NCBI GenBank assembly: GCA_030950485.1
Contig: JAUZRK010000013.1
Location: forward strand, 9,893-73,892
Reading direction: 5' to 3'
From: Candidatus Dojkabacteria bacterium
GTDB lineage: Bacteria > Patescibacteriota > Dojkabacteria > J137
DNA length: 64,000 nt
In this document: positions 50,070 to 59,159 of the stretch, piece by piece
Numbering within the stretch: position 1 is the stretch's first letter
Layout: each line of letters starts with the position of its first letter
Program-made: the position numbers and the translations under genes
Notes under the pieces: generated by a model
The model's input: the letters and a program-made list of their open reading frames with translations, nothing else
The model's database searches: none
What the model was told of the DNA's origin: nothing

Positions 50070-50576
50070 ATGAAAATTTATCTAGCTTCTACAAGCGGAG
50101 CAAAAAAAACAGCAGTTGAACTCGCATTTTCTAGTAAGTTTCAAAACCAGAAATTTGAAATTATTGGAATAAATTGCAAATCTGGTGTATCTCCTCAACC
50201 ATTTGGAGAAGAGGAAACTATTTTAGGAGCTAGTAATAGAATGAAAGAAATGGAGTCTAAAGTAACTGAAGACTATGACTTTTTAGTTTCATGTGAAGGA
50301 GGTTTTATCACTTATAGCTTTCTTGAAGACTACTATGGATTTGGCGCAACAATTATTAAGTCAAAAGAAGGATTAAGTTACTGGGGATTTGGAGGAGGAA
50401 TTAGACATCCTAAAGAGTTTGTAGAGAAGATTAAATCGGGTGAGGATGCTAGCGATATTCTAAGAAGTGAATATGGTATTGATGATGGTGATGTCGTGAG
50501 TTATTTTACTCAAGGGAAAATGACTAGAGCTGATGCGGTTGCTAAACAAATATCTATAGCATTAGAAAACATCTAG
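50070..50576 (+). CDS. inosine/xanthosine triphosphatase (YjjX/DUF84 family)
   Basis: MKIYLASTSGAKKTAVELAF...SGVSPQPFGEEET; start reassigned to ATG 50070. Confidence 0.55.
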   Translation: MKIYLASTSGAKKTAVELAFSSKFQNQKFEIIGINCKSGVSPQPFGEEETILGASNRMKEMESKVTEDYDFLVSCEGGFITYSFLEDYYGFGATIIKSKEGLSYWGFGGGIRHPKEFVEKIKSGEDASDILRSEYGIDDGDVVSYFTQGKMTRADAVAKQISIALENI

Positions 50577-50591
50577 TTAGATTTTTAACAA

Positions 50592-51164
50592 ATGAAAGAA
50601 ATAATAGGATATATCGCAGTAAGCTTAGTGTTTATAGCCTACGTTCCATATATAAAAGATCTTTTAAAAGGAAAAACTATACCGCACGTTTATAGTTGGT
50701 TCGTCTGGTCTTTTCTAACTTTACTAATAGCCTTCATGCAAATTAAAAATGGAGCAGGTGTTGCCGGAGGAGTTACATTATCAGCAGGAATAGTTTCTCT
50801 TTTTGTATTTGCTTATGCTTTATATAAAAGAGAGAGCTTGAAATTTATAACAAAGTTAGACACTTTCTTTTTATCAATATCTTTAGTAGCGTTTCTTTTA
50901 TGGTTACTTATAGATAATGAGCTGTATGCGTTACTTTTAGCTTCGTTTACAGAAGTAATAGCATTTGTACCAACTATAAGAAAAAGCTGGAACTTGCCTT
51001 ATACAGAGACGCTTTCGTTATATGGATTAAATACTATAAGATTTGTATTGGCAGTTTTTGCAATAGAGAAGTATTCTATAATTACAACTCTATATCCAGT
51101 AACATGGGCTATTGGAAATGGATTGTTTGCTTTTATGTTAATTTATCGAAGAAGAAAAATATAA
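50592..51164 (+). CDS. hypothetical 6-TM membrane protein
   Basis: hydropathy. Confidence 0.4.
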   Translation: MKEIIGYIAVSLVFIAYVPYIKDLLKGKTIPHVYSWFVWSFLTLLIAFMQIKNGAGVAGGVTLSAGIVSLFVFAYALYKRESLKFITKLDTFFLSISLVAFLLWLLIDNELYALLLASFTEVIAFVPTIRKSWNLPYTETLSLYGLNTIRFVLAVFAIEKYSIITTLYPVTWAIGNGLFAFMLIYRRRKI

Positions 51165-51168
51165 ATAT

Positions 51169-52014
51169 ATGTACATTTTACTAGCACTAGGAAGTTTAAT
51201 TTCATTTAGTAGTTTTAATATTCTAATTAGAAAAATTGCTAAGGATGAAGATAATCCGGAAACATTAGGAATGTTATTTACAACTATTGCAGGAATTCTT
51301 TCGCTACCACTTTTGCTTTTGGACGATGAAATTAAAATTGAAAAGAGCTATAACTCTTTATGGATTATAGGATCATTAATAGGTTGGACTATAATTTCTC
51401 TCGGCTTAGGTATTACGTATAAACATATCAAAGCATCTACAAATACAATTCTTGGACAGACAACTTCAATCTTCTCACTATTAATAGGTGTTTTTATATT
51501 TTCAAGTGAACCCTCATTAATTAGCTTGTTTGGTATTAGTTTAATTATTTTTGGAAATATATACGTATTCTTTAAAGAAGCTGACTTACCAAATCGAAAA
51601 GCTTTTATATTAAGAATACTCTTATCACTAGTATTTGCGATTACTTACGCTTTCGATTCTAAAGCCAGCCAATATTATCCTCAGGGACTTTTTATATTTA
51701 TAGCTTATGTAATACCTGGAATATTACTGTACTTTTTAGTTCCAAAGATTACTATTGGATCAATTAAGCAAATGCTTATAAAATACAACTTAAAATTGCT
51801 TCTATTAGGTCTTTTCAGCCTTATAGGCTATTTATTATTAATTAAGTCTTACTCTACAGATGGTGAGTTATATATAATTATTCCAATTGTGAATTCACAG
51901 TCTTTACTAACAGTAATATTAAGCAACATTTTCTTGAAAGAGGATAGTAATATATTAAAGGTAATTCTAGGAGGAATTGCTGCAAGCTTAGGAGTTATAC
52001 TTCTAGCGATTTAA
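51169..52014 (+). CDS. EamA-like (DMT superfamily) transporter
   Basis: ~10 TM helices, duplicated 5-TM architecture. Confidence 0.5.
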   Translation: MYILLALGSLISFSSFNILIRKIAKDEDNPETLGMLFTTIAGILSLPLLLLDDEIKIEKSYNSLWIIGSLIGWTIISLGLGITYKHIKASTNTILGQTTSIFSLLIGVFIFSSEPSLISLFGISLIIFGNIYVFFKEADLPNRKAFILRILLSLVFAITYAFDSKASQYYPQGLFIFIAYVIPGILLYFLVPKITIGSIKQMLIKYNLKLLLLGLFSLIGYLLLIKSYSTDGELYIIIPIVNSQSLLTVILSNIFLKEDSNILKVILGGIAASLGVILLAI

Positions 52015-52270
52015 GAAATCTTAATTTCATCAAATCGCCAAAGAATACGAATATCTTCAGTGACTCTTGAACTCAATACTTTTCCGTATTTACTAAGATT
52101 TACCTGGTGAGTATTAGACCTGGATAAAAGGGATTTAGTATTAGAAGTTTTAAGACTTTTTACAAATGCTTCTTTAATATACGATCGTTTGTTAGTTTTT
52201 TATACTTCTTAAGAAATTCAGTTTGAAAGTCTAAAATATACTCTTCAGAATTAGTTTTTCTCAAAAATTA
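52011..52270 (-). pseudogene. RelE/ParE-family toxin remnant, frameshifted
   Basis: Frame X LRKTNSEEYILDFQTEFLKKYKKLTNDRILKKHL* and frame Y ...KYGKVLSSRVTEDIRILWRFDEIKIS* together resemble RelE/ParE (~95 aa); no adjacent antitoxin ORF. Confidence 0.3.
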
Positions 52271-52354
52271 ATTAAGTTCTATTTAGATAATGTGATATTA
52301 GAAAATAGAAATCAAAGAAGTGTTTGTCGTTATGAAATGCATCAATAATTAGGT

Positions 52355-52672
52355 GTGATAAAATTGCATGTAAAGAATTTTATAAGACTATTAATGAAAG
52401 GAGAAGAGTGTACAGGCTTTTGTTTTTCAACTTGCTCTTATAAAAGGAGCTTACAGCAAATTAAGGAAGGTGATGTTAAAACTAATGAAAGATTAACGGC
52501 ATTAATAAGTAAAGTTAACACTGGAGGTTGTCCTTATCAACAAGAAATAAAAGATTTACTTGATATGGTTGAAGATGGTTCTATACCTTTTTTAGAGGCT
52601 ATAGAGAGCGCAGAAAGCTTTGGTTTAGAAGAGGGAATTCGAATTGAGGAAGGCGAGTTATCAGAAATGTAA
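52355..52672 (+). CDS. small Cys-rich hypothetical protein (CTGFCFSTC...GGCPY); likely start ATG 52394
   Basis: ORF track; GTG start listed, ATG at 52394. Confidence 0.35.
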   Translation: MIKLHVKNFIRLLMKGEECTGFCFSTCSYKRSLQQIKEGDVKTNERLTALISKVNTGGCPYQQEIKDLLDMVEDGSIPFLEAIESAESFGLEEGIRIEEGELSEM

Positions 52673-52751
52673 AATTATTCTTAATATCATTGAATTTCAA
52701 CTTAGCAACATTTATTTTGACTTCAAGTTTGAAAAAAGTATAAGATAAGTT

Positions 52752-53087
52752 ATGGTAGATTTTAAAGAAGTTAAAATTGAAGAAGTTGCATACTTAATAA
52801 ACATTTGTGAATGTTTAGATAATATCGACAGAGACGTATATAGAGCAACACTTCGGGAAAATACTAAAGCAAGAAATGATTATATTCTTACGATCTTCAC
52901 TAAACTCATATTAAAAGAGATTAAGTATTTGAAAATAATGATTGAAGATTTACGGAAATTAAAGACTGAAAATGATTTTATAGTATATGAACAAATTTTT
53001 AACAGTTATTTTGATAACAAGATTTTATTAGAAGAGATGAATAGCTCGTCAGAGATTTTTAACTTAAAACCGTATTTAAATATATGA
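52752..53087 (+). CDS. hypothetical protein
   Basis: 111-aa ORF; TGA stop overlapping next ATG. Confidence 0.4.
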   Translation: MVDFKEVKIEEVAYLINICECLDNIDRDVYRATLRENTKARNDYILTIFTKLILKEIKYLKIMIEDLRKLKTENDFIVYEQIFNSYFDNKILLEEMNSSSEIFNLKPYLNI

Positions 53088-53584
53088 GCGGAGTCCAATT
53101 TGGAGAAAATCAAACTGCGGATCAAGAAGTACAGCCAGATACTGAAATAAGTAATAATCGTATTCTAGAAGTAACAGCAGAATATTTAGATGGGCCAACG
53201 AGAGAAGTGTTTGGAGAGAAACATGGTGCTGCAATTATGGCAGGACTAACAGTTGGAGTAAAAAATGCCGATACTTTAATAACAGGTACTGCTAGGGAAA
53301 GAATAGGTGTAGTTGCTGGAATGGTAAATGTAGGATTAGTTGTATTTAGACCTGAATTAATGGCTTCTGCAAATATAGCTTTAGGGGTTGGTCACGCAAT
53401 AAATGAAAATATACCACAAAATACTGAGGGAGCAATTGAATATGGGTTGGTTTATGGTTATGAGCAAATTGCATATGCAATGGATAAAACAAGAAGAACT
53501 GAAGATGATGCTAGAGAATCTGTAAGAGGAGAAAATAATACTTCTATAGAAGATAGCGGGGAACAAATGCTCGCCGCAGCTTAA
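53084..53584 (+). CDS. hypothetical protein (Gly/Ala/Val-rich core)
   Basis: 166-aa ORF, locally GC-richer. Confidence 0.4.
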   Translation: MSGVQFGENQTADQEVQPDTEISNNRILEVTAEYLDGPTREVFGEKHGAAIMAGLTVGVKNADTLITGTARERIGVVAGMVNVGLVVFRPELMASANIALGVGHAINENIPQNTEGAIEYGLVYGYEQIAYAMDKTRRTEDDARESVRGENNTSIEDSGEQMLAAA

Positions 53585-53603
53585 ATATCGCTAAGTCTTT
53601 AGT

Positions 53604-54932
53604 TTATAGAGCTTGTATCTTCGCACCTAAGATATTTAATACGCCTGCTAAATTCTCATAACCTCTTTTAATATGATCTTCTGGATCATTAATTACAGAT
53701 TCACCTTCTGCAACCATTCCAGCAATTAGTAGCATAGCTCCACACTTAACATCTCTAGAAGTAGCAATTGCTGCTTTTAATTTTTCAACTCTATTAACTT
53801 TGACCGCTCTTGGATTGTTATCAGAATCCTCATCGAAATCAGGGTGAGTGTAAAATTCATAATTAGCTCCGAACTTTTTCATTTCTTCCCAATGTCTCAT
53901 TCTATTTGTAAAATACCCTTCAACTATATTGGATTGACCTTTGATTAAAGAAAATAAAGGGGAGAGTAGTACTTGCCACTCCGTAACAAAATCTGGGAGA
54001 TCACTTGCTATTAAATCTACTGTTTTAAGATCGGATAACTTTTGACTAGGAATAAATGCAGTTTTATCTTTATCATTAAATTCTATTTTTACTCCACTTT
54101 GCTTAAGAAAGAGATCTAATGAACCTAATTTCATTTTTTCAAAATCGATATTTTCAATAGTTATTTCAGACTCGGTACATAATGCTGCAGAGAGTAGAGT
54201 TATAAAGTTGTGTTTATCATACATGCAAGTGAAGTCAACTCCGTGTAGTTCCTTACCTTCAACAACTGTTATTAATTTTTTATCTTCAATCTTTATCTCT
54301 GCTCCCATCTTATTTAATGCTTCTATGACATCGTAAAGTTCTGCCATATGACTTGGATTTTGTATCTTTGAAATTCCATCTTTCCCTAATAAAAAGAAAA
54401 TACCACCAAGAGTAAATCCGAATGAATTTTTTGCATCAATATCTAGAGGGGCTTTATCCCTCTCTTTATAAACCATAATATTGCCTTTTAACTCAACATC
54501 AACATTGAATTCATTCATTATTTTTCTATCAGTCTCTAAATTGAAAGTTCTCCCAATTTGATCACCCCCTGTATCATCTCTCTCTAGTATGATCTCAATC
54601 TCGCATTCTCCAAATCTAGCTATCAACATATTTCTAATGTAAATAGCTCCGCTAGTATGATAAAAAAGATCCGAAGGAATTCTAATAGGCTTAATAATCT
54701 TAGTACTATCAATTTCTACCGTATTTTCATCAAGCCAATTAACTGTAGCGCCTTGTAGAGCTGTAAGTTTAGCAAGGTTTTTATTACTAGAAATATTAGG
54801 AATATTTCGAAAAGTAAATTTATCATTTGCAAGTATTGGAAGATTTACAAGCTTCATAGAAGAATTTTTAGCTCCTTGTACAGAAGCACTTCCAGATAGT
54901 TTTGTAGGGCCGGTTATTTTGTATGTAGACAT
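53604..54932 (-). CDS. murA: UDP-N-acetylglucosamine 1-carboxyvinyltransferase
   Basis: MSTYKITGPTKLSGSASVQGAKNSS... EPT-fold with MurA-type GAKN motif, 442 aa. Confidence 0.85.
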   Translation of the reverse strand: MSTYKITGPTKLSGSASVQGAKNSSMKLVNLPILANDKFTFRNIPNISSNKNLAKLTALQGATVNWLDENTVEIDSTKIIKPIRIPSDLFYHTSGAIYIRNMLIARFGECEIEIILERDDTGGDQIGRTFNLETDRKIMNEFNVDVELKGNIMVYKERDKAPLDIDAKNSFGFTLGGIFFLLGKDGISKIQNPSHMAELYDVIEALNKMGAEIKIEDKKLITVVEGKELHGVDFTCMYDKHNFITLLSAALCTESEITIENIDFEKMKLGSLDLFLKQSGVKIEFNDKDKTAFIPSQKLSDLKTVDLIASDLPDFVTEWQVLLSPLFSLIKGQSNIVEGYFTNRMRHWEEMKKFGANYEFYTHPDFDEDSDNNPRAVKVNRVEKLKAAIATSRDVKCGAMLLIAGMVAEGESVINDPEDHIKRGYENLAGVLNILGAKIQAL

Positions 54933-54945
54933 AATAATTTATAAT

Positions 54946-55686
54946 TTATTGCCACTGAGGATATTTAACAGTATCGTCTCTTACACCTTCCATAAATTTC
55001 TCAGGATCAAAACTTATATCGAATATTTCTTCTAGCAATATCTTTGCCATGTAAGCATTACCTAGTGGGTTAGGATGAAAAGCATCAAAATTACCACCTT
55101 TCCCATCATTCAGAAACTTTTCATGTTGAGGTAATAAATTTGTATAAAACTTTTTATGATCGAAACTCTTATATTTCTCAAACATATTTAAACTATGTAT
55201 ATTAGGAAGTTTAATCGAATCTACTTTTTCTTCTGCAATATAATCCTTGTACCTGCCATTATGATATTCATTTGCTGTAGTTATTCCAGGAGAGTAGATG
55301 ACATCATCAATATTGGCAGATAGTTTTCTAATTATGTTTCTTGTATTTTCACCATGTTCAACTTCACTAAACTTATCTATATCATTATCACCAAATAATC
55401 CTACAAATAAATTTGGCTCATATTTAAGAATGTCTGAATCAATTCTCCCTAAAATATCTTTTGTTGTTGATCCATCAAGAGAAGAGTTGATAAATTTCAA
55501 ATTCCACCAGCTTAAATTCCATCCAGCCTTAGAATCTTCCAAATGCAGCTTTAAAACATATTCAAATATAGATCGCCAACTTGGGAATACCCATTCAGTT
55601 GATGTAGTAGAATCACCTAAAAATAATATAGTGTGAGTTTCGCCAGAGAAAATGGATGTTTTAATTTTGTATAGAAGTGGGTTCAT
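54946..55686 (-). CDS. SGNH/GDSL hydrolase-type esterase
   Basis: ILFLGDSTTS block I, GDND block. Confidence 0.6.
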   Translation of the reverse strand: MNPLLYKIKTSIFSGETHTILFLGDSTTSTEWVFPSWRSIFEYVLKLHLEDSKAGWNLSWWNLKFINSSLDGSTTKDILGRIDSDILKYEPNLFVGLFGDNDIDKFSEVEHGENTRNIIRKLSANIDDVIYSPGITTANEYHNGRYKDYIAEEKVDSIKLPNIHSLNMFEKYKSFDHKKFYTNLLPQHEKFLNDGKGGNFDAFHPNPLGNAYMAKILLEEIFDISFDPEKFMEGVRDDTVKYPQWQ

Positions 55687-55791
55687 ATTATAAGTTCATT
55701 AATAAGCTTAGCTATCTCCTATAATAACTCAAAAGTAGCTTTTTGTAATCTTGAAGTAAGTTTTACTCTTGTGTTATAAAGCATAGAGGGA

Positions 55792-56631
55792 TCAAATATA
55801 CTTACTAATAGGCTCAGCTAAACTCCACATCATTTCAAAGATCGATTTTTGAAGTTTAACAAGCTTTGGATTCTCGAGTTCTATTCCTACTATCTCACCC
55901 TTATCCCACCAACAAACCGCGTAAATATTATTATAGATAGAAGTATCTCCTGAAACATAATACTTATCTTTTGGAATCATTCTTACATTATCTAAGTTTT
56001 GTTGATGTTCACCTGGTTTAACAAATGTTCTTACATGTTCAAGTCCTAATTCATTAGTAATAGACCTGTCGACAATCTTTCTAAGTTTAAATTCTTCAAC
56101 GTACTTAGAATAAAACTTTTCTCCTACAACACTTACTCTTCCAAATTGAGAATAGCCGATTACCTCTGTTTTAGCTTTTAAACAATTCCAAATTATTTGC
56201 TTTATACCTTCAACTCCAAAATAATTTCTAACTTGGGTTTTAGGCAATTCTTCAACTTTCTTATCTAAAAGTAGCTTTAAATCATTTATCGAGTCTTTTG
56301 TTTCTTTGAGTTCTCGTTGTTTTTCTTTGATGATTACATCTAAGCTGTCTGGATTTACTGCCCTTATTTCTTTGCCTCGATCTCCTACTACCCATTCAGC
56401 TAAATGAAGTTCGACTAATCTTTCGCAGATTCTATAAGCCGTAGATCTTGGAATTGCTACTGACTCAGAGATTGAGAGTATTGTCGTTGAGATTGAAGTA
56501 TTAATTATATTTAAATATATTAATATTTCATCTGAATCTAGACCTAATTTTTCAACTTGTTTTCTATCGATTCTTCCATACGATATATTATACCATATTG
56601 GCCACCAAAGTGGACAGATGTTGTTTAGGAT
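55792..56631 (-). pseudogene. TrmB-family regulator with N-terminal frameshift (ATG at 56579 is +1 to body frame)
   Basis: Body frame open from 56631 with no in-frame start codon until TTG at ~56247; N-terminal wHTH (KLGLDSDEILIYLNI...) aligns with intact paralog; ATG MEESIENK in adjacent frame. Confidence 0.5.
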
Positions 56632-56656
56632 TTATAATAGCTAGTAAAATATAGGC

Positions 56657-57398
56657 ATGGAAAATAAAAAAGTAGCACTAATAACTGGAGGAACAAAAGG
56701 CATAGGACTAGCTATTGCTAGTGAACTAGGAGCTCAAGGTTACTCTGATCTAATTCTTGTATATAGATCTGATAAGGAAAGTGCTAATTTTGCGAAGACT
56801 CAATTAAAACAGAGTGGTGCAAGTGTAAAAACTATTAAAGCAGACATTAGTTTGAAATCTGGTTGGAAAATTATCGGCTCATACTTAATGAAAAATAATA
56901 TTGAATTAGATTTATTGGTAAATAATGCAGGTATTGATGATGGAATTATGATTGAGGAATTAGATATGGATTCTGCTAAGAATATTATTAATACAAATCT
57001 CTTAGGGACAATAGCTACGACTAAGGTATGCATACCGTTCCTTAAGAAGAATAAAGGGCAGATCATTAATATTTCAAAGAACAGGTTCAAGAAAAACGTT
57101 TGAAGGTATTGGAGTATACGCTCCAACTAAGGCTGCAATTATTAAGTTTACCGAGTGTTGTGCGCTTGAATTTAAAAAATATGGTATTAGAGTTAATTGC
57201 ATCCAACCAGGTTTTACAGATACTGAATTTAATAGAAGTATTCTAAGTGATGACTTTGATGAAGTAGCTAAGATGCAGCCAGATGGACATGCCTTTAGCC
57301 CAGCTGCTGTAGATAAAGCAGTGGTGCATCTAGTCTCTGATTCGCTTTCATTACTAAATGGAGCTGCGATAATGCTCGATAAAGGGAGCAGTCTATAA
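56657..57398 (+). pseudogene. short-chain dehydrogenase/reductase (SDR), frameshifted near 57076
   Basis: TGGTKGIGLAIA, NAG, IINIS then frame change to ...GVYAPTKAAIIKF (YxxxK) and PG motif; deleting one A of CAAAGA restores IINISRTGS...YAPTK. Confidence 0.6.
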
Positions 57399-57503
57399 TT
57401 ACTTATGACTCTTTCCTTTTTCCCAATATCCCAAAAATATCTGTTTAAACATTGACGCAAGTGCTTTATTTTTAATTTCAATTCCTGATTTCTTCTCGGA
57501 TTT

Positions 57504-58178
57504 TCAATCAATTATTGCAATAGTATCATCGCATATATCAATCATGTGTTGGATATCTAAGATCTTGGTATTTATAACTTTTGAAGTGAAATTATGTTCA
57601 TAATATTCAAGATTTTGCTTATCAGGCGTTGTAACTTGGTTCTCCAGAATTAATAATTCAATTTTTCTTGTTACATACTCCTTCCTTATTTTATTGGCAA
57701 ATTTTTCTCTAACTACATCATTAAACATCCCATGACTAAATGAATAAACTTTTTTTAAATGAAGCTCATTCCATAGTACTTGTTTTACTCCATCTAAACC
57801 AGAGTAGTACTTTACAGAAAAGCTATTAGATTCTATTGGTTTTAAATCCTTAAGATCTTGTATTAAATCATTTAAAACATCTTTCTGAGTTTTAATTTTT
57901 TGCTCAGCTTCGGTTATAATCAATTCTAAATTTTCAGCCGGTGCAGCGCTTAATTTCTTTCCCCAGGCAGACTCAGTTTCTTCAATAATCTTCTTGCCTT
58001 TTAATGACTCGGTAATTCTATAGATCTTGGATCGATTTATATTTGTGTCTCTAGAGATTTCAAGTGGGGTTTGTTCCCCATGTTCGTAGAGATGTAGATA
58101 TAGAGAAGCCTCATCAGAATCTAAACTCAGTTCTTTTAATTTTTCTATTAAAATTTGTTTGTTTATATAAACAATCAA
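57504..58178 (-). CDS. TrmB-family transcriptional regulator (intact paralog)
   Basis: N-terminal wHTH + C-terminal TrmB domain, 224 aa; TTG start. Confidence 0.6.
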   Translation of the reverse strand: MIVYINKQILIEKLKELSLDSDEASLYLHLYEHGEQTPLEISRDTNINRSKIYRITESLKGKKIIEETESAWGKKLSAAPAENLELIITEAEQKIKTQKDVLNDLIQDLKDLKPIESNSFSVKYYSGLDGVKQVLWNELHLKKVYSFSHGMFNDVVREKFANKIRKEYVTRKIELLILENQVTTPDKQNLEYYEHNFTSKVINTKILDIQHMIDICDDTIAIID

Positions 58179-58193
58179 TTATTATATAGATAT

Positions 58194-58214
58194 TAATACA
58201 CTACAATAGTATTA
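58194..58214. promoter_or_regulatory. inverted repeat TAATAC-N9-GTATTA in divergent promoter region
   Basis: Between TrmB-like gene (-) and 2-hydroxyacid dehydrogenase (+). Confidence 0.3.
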
Positions 58215-58229
58215 GTCAAATAAAAAACT

Positions 58230-59138
58230 ATGAAAGTACTTATATTAAGTCCAATAAAAGAAGTTATTACTGATAGCTTTAAAATGAAACTAAAAGGCTT
58301 AAATGTTCAGTATATAGAAAAGAGTGAAAAATTAGACAAGGTTTATGAATTACAAAATAATGAAGAAAAGCTACTAGTTATCGATCCAGACTTTACGTAT
58401 AACTTATCAAGAGAAGTATTAGAAAAGATTCCAAATGTTAAATGTATAATTCTAACAACAACCGCATTTAGTTGGATTGATCTTGATTACTGTAATGAAC
58501 AAAATATTATAGTTTGTAATACGCCTTATTTTTCTTCAGAAGCTGTAGCAGAGTGGGCATTTATGTCATCATTAGCATTAGCTAGAAAAGTACCACTGGT
58601 TATAAAAAATGGGTTTGAACATGATTATAACTATACTGGGATAGAGCTTAAAAATAAGAAGTGTGGAATTCTAGGACTAGGAAACATAGGTTCAAAATTT
58701 GCAGAACTAGCTTCTGGATTTGGAATGCAGATCCAATATTGGTCTAGAAGTGATAAGAATTCTAAATTTAGTTATGTAACTTTAGATGAATTATTTAAAA
58801 GCTCTGAGTTACTTTATGTTTCGCTTCCTGAGAATGCTGAGACTAATGAACTGATAACAGATGAAAGAATTAAAATGATGCAAAAAAATGCACTTTTAAC
58901 ATTTTCTTCATCACCTAAATACAATAAAGAATTAGTTCTTGAAATCATAAAAGAGAAGAAACTTGGGGGACTTTCATTCGAGGGTAAGTCTAATGAATTT
59001 AACAATTATGAAGGAAATGTTTGGGCTGCGCCTTCGTTGGGTTGGTGTACAAAAGAGAGCATGGAAAGAAATTCTGAAATGATCTTAAGAAATATTAAAG
59101 ATGCAGTAAAGGGTGTATATGCAAATAAGATAAATTAG
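58230..59138 (+). CDS. D-isomer-specific 2-hydroxyacid dehydrogenase family protein
   Basis: NAD-binding GILGLGNIGSKFA, catalytic-domain layout. Confidence 0.7.
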   Translation: MKVLILSPIKEVITDSFKMKLKGLNVQYIEKSEKLDKVYELQNNEEKLLVIDPDFTYNLSREVLEKIPNVKCIILTTTAFSWIDLDYCNEQNIIVCNTPYFSSEAVAEWAFMSSLALARKVPLVIKNGFEHDYNYTGIELKNKKCGILGLGNIGSKFAELASGFGMQIQYWSRSDKNSKFSYVTLDELFKSSELLYVSLPENAETNELITDERIKMMQKNALLTFSSSPKYNKELVLEIIKEKKLGGLSFEGKSNEFNNYEGNVWAAPSLGWCTKESMERNSEMILRNIKDAVKGVYANKIN

Positions 59139-59159
59139 AGAATGATTTTAAGCAAAAAA

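Noticed and set aside
57074-57511. 145-aa minus-strand ORF
   Set aside because: It is antisense to the SDR gene's (frameshifted) second half, which carries the YAPTK catalytic motif.
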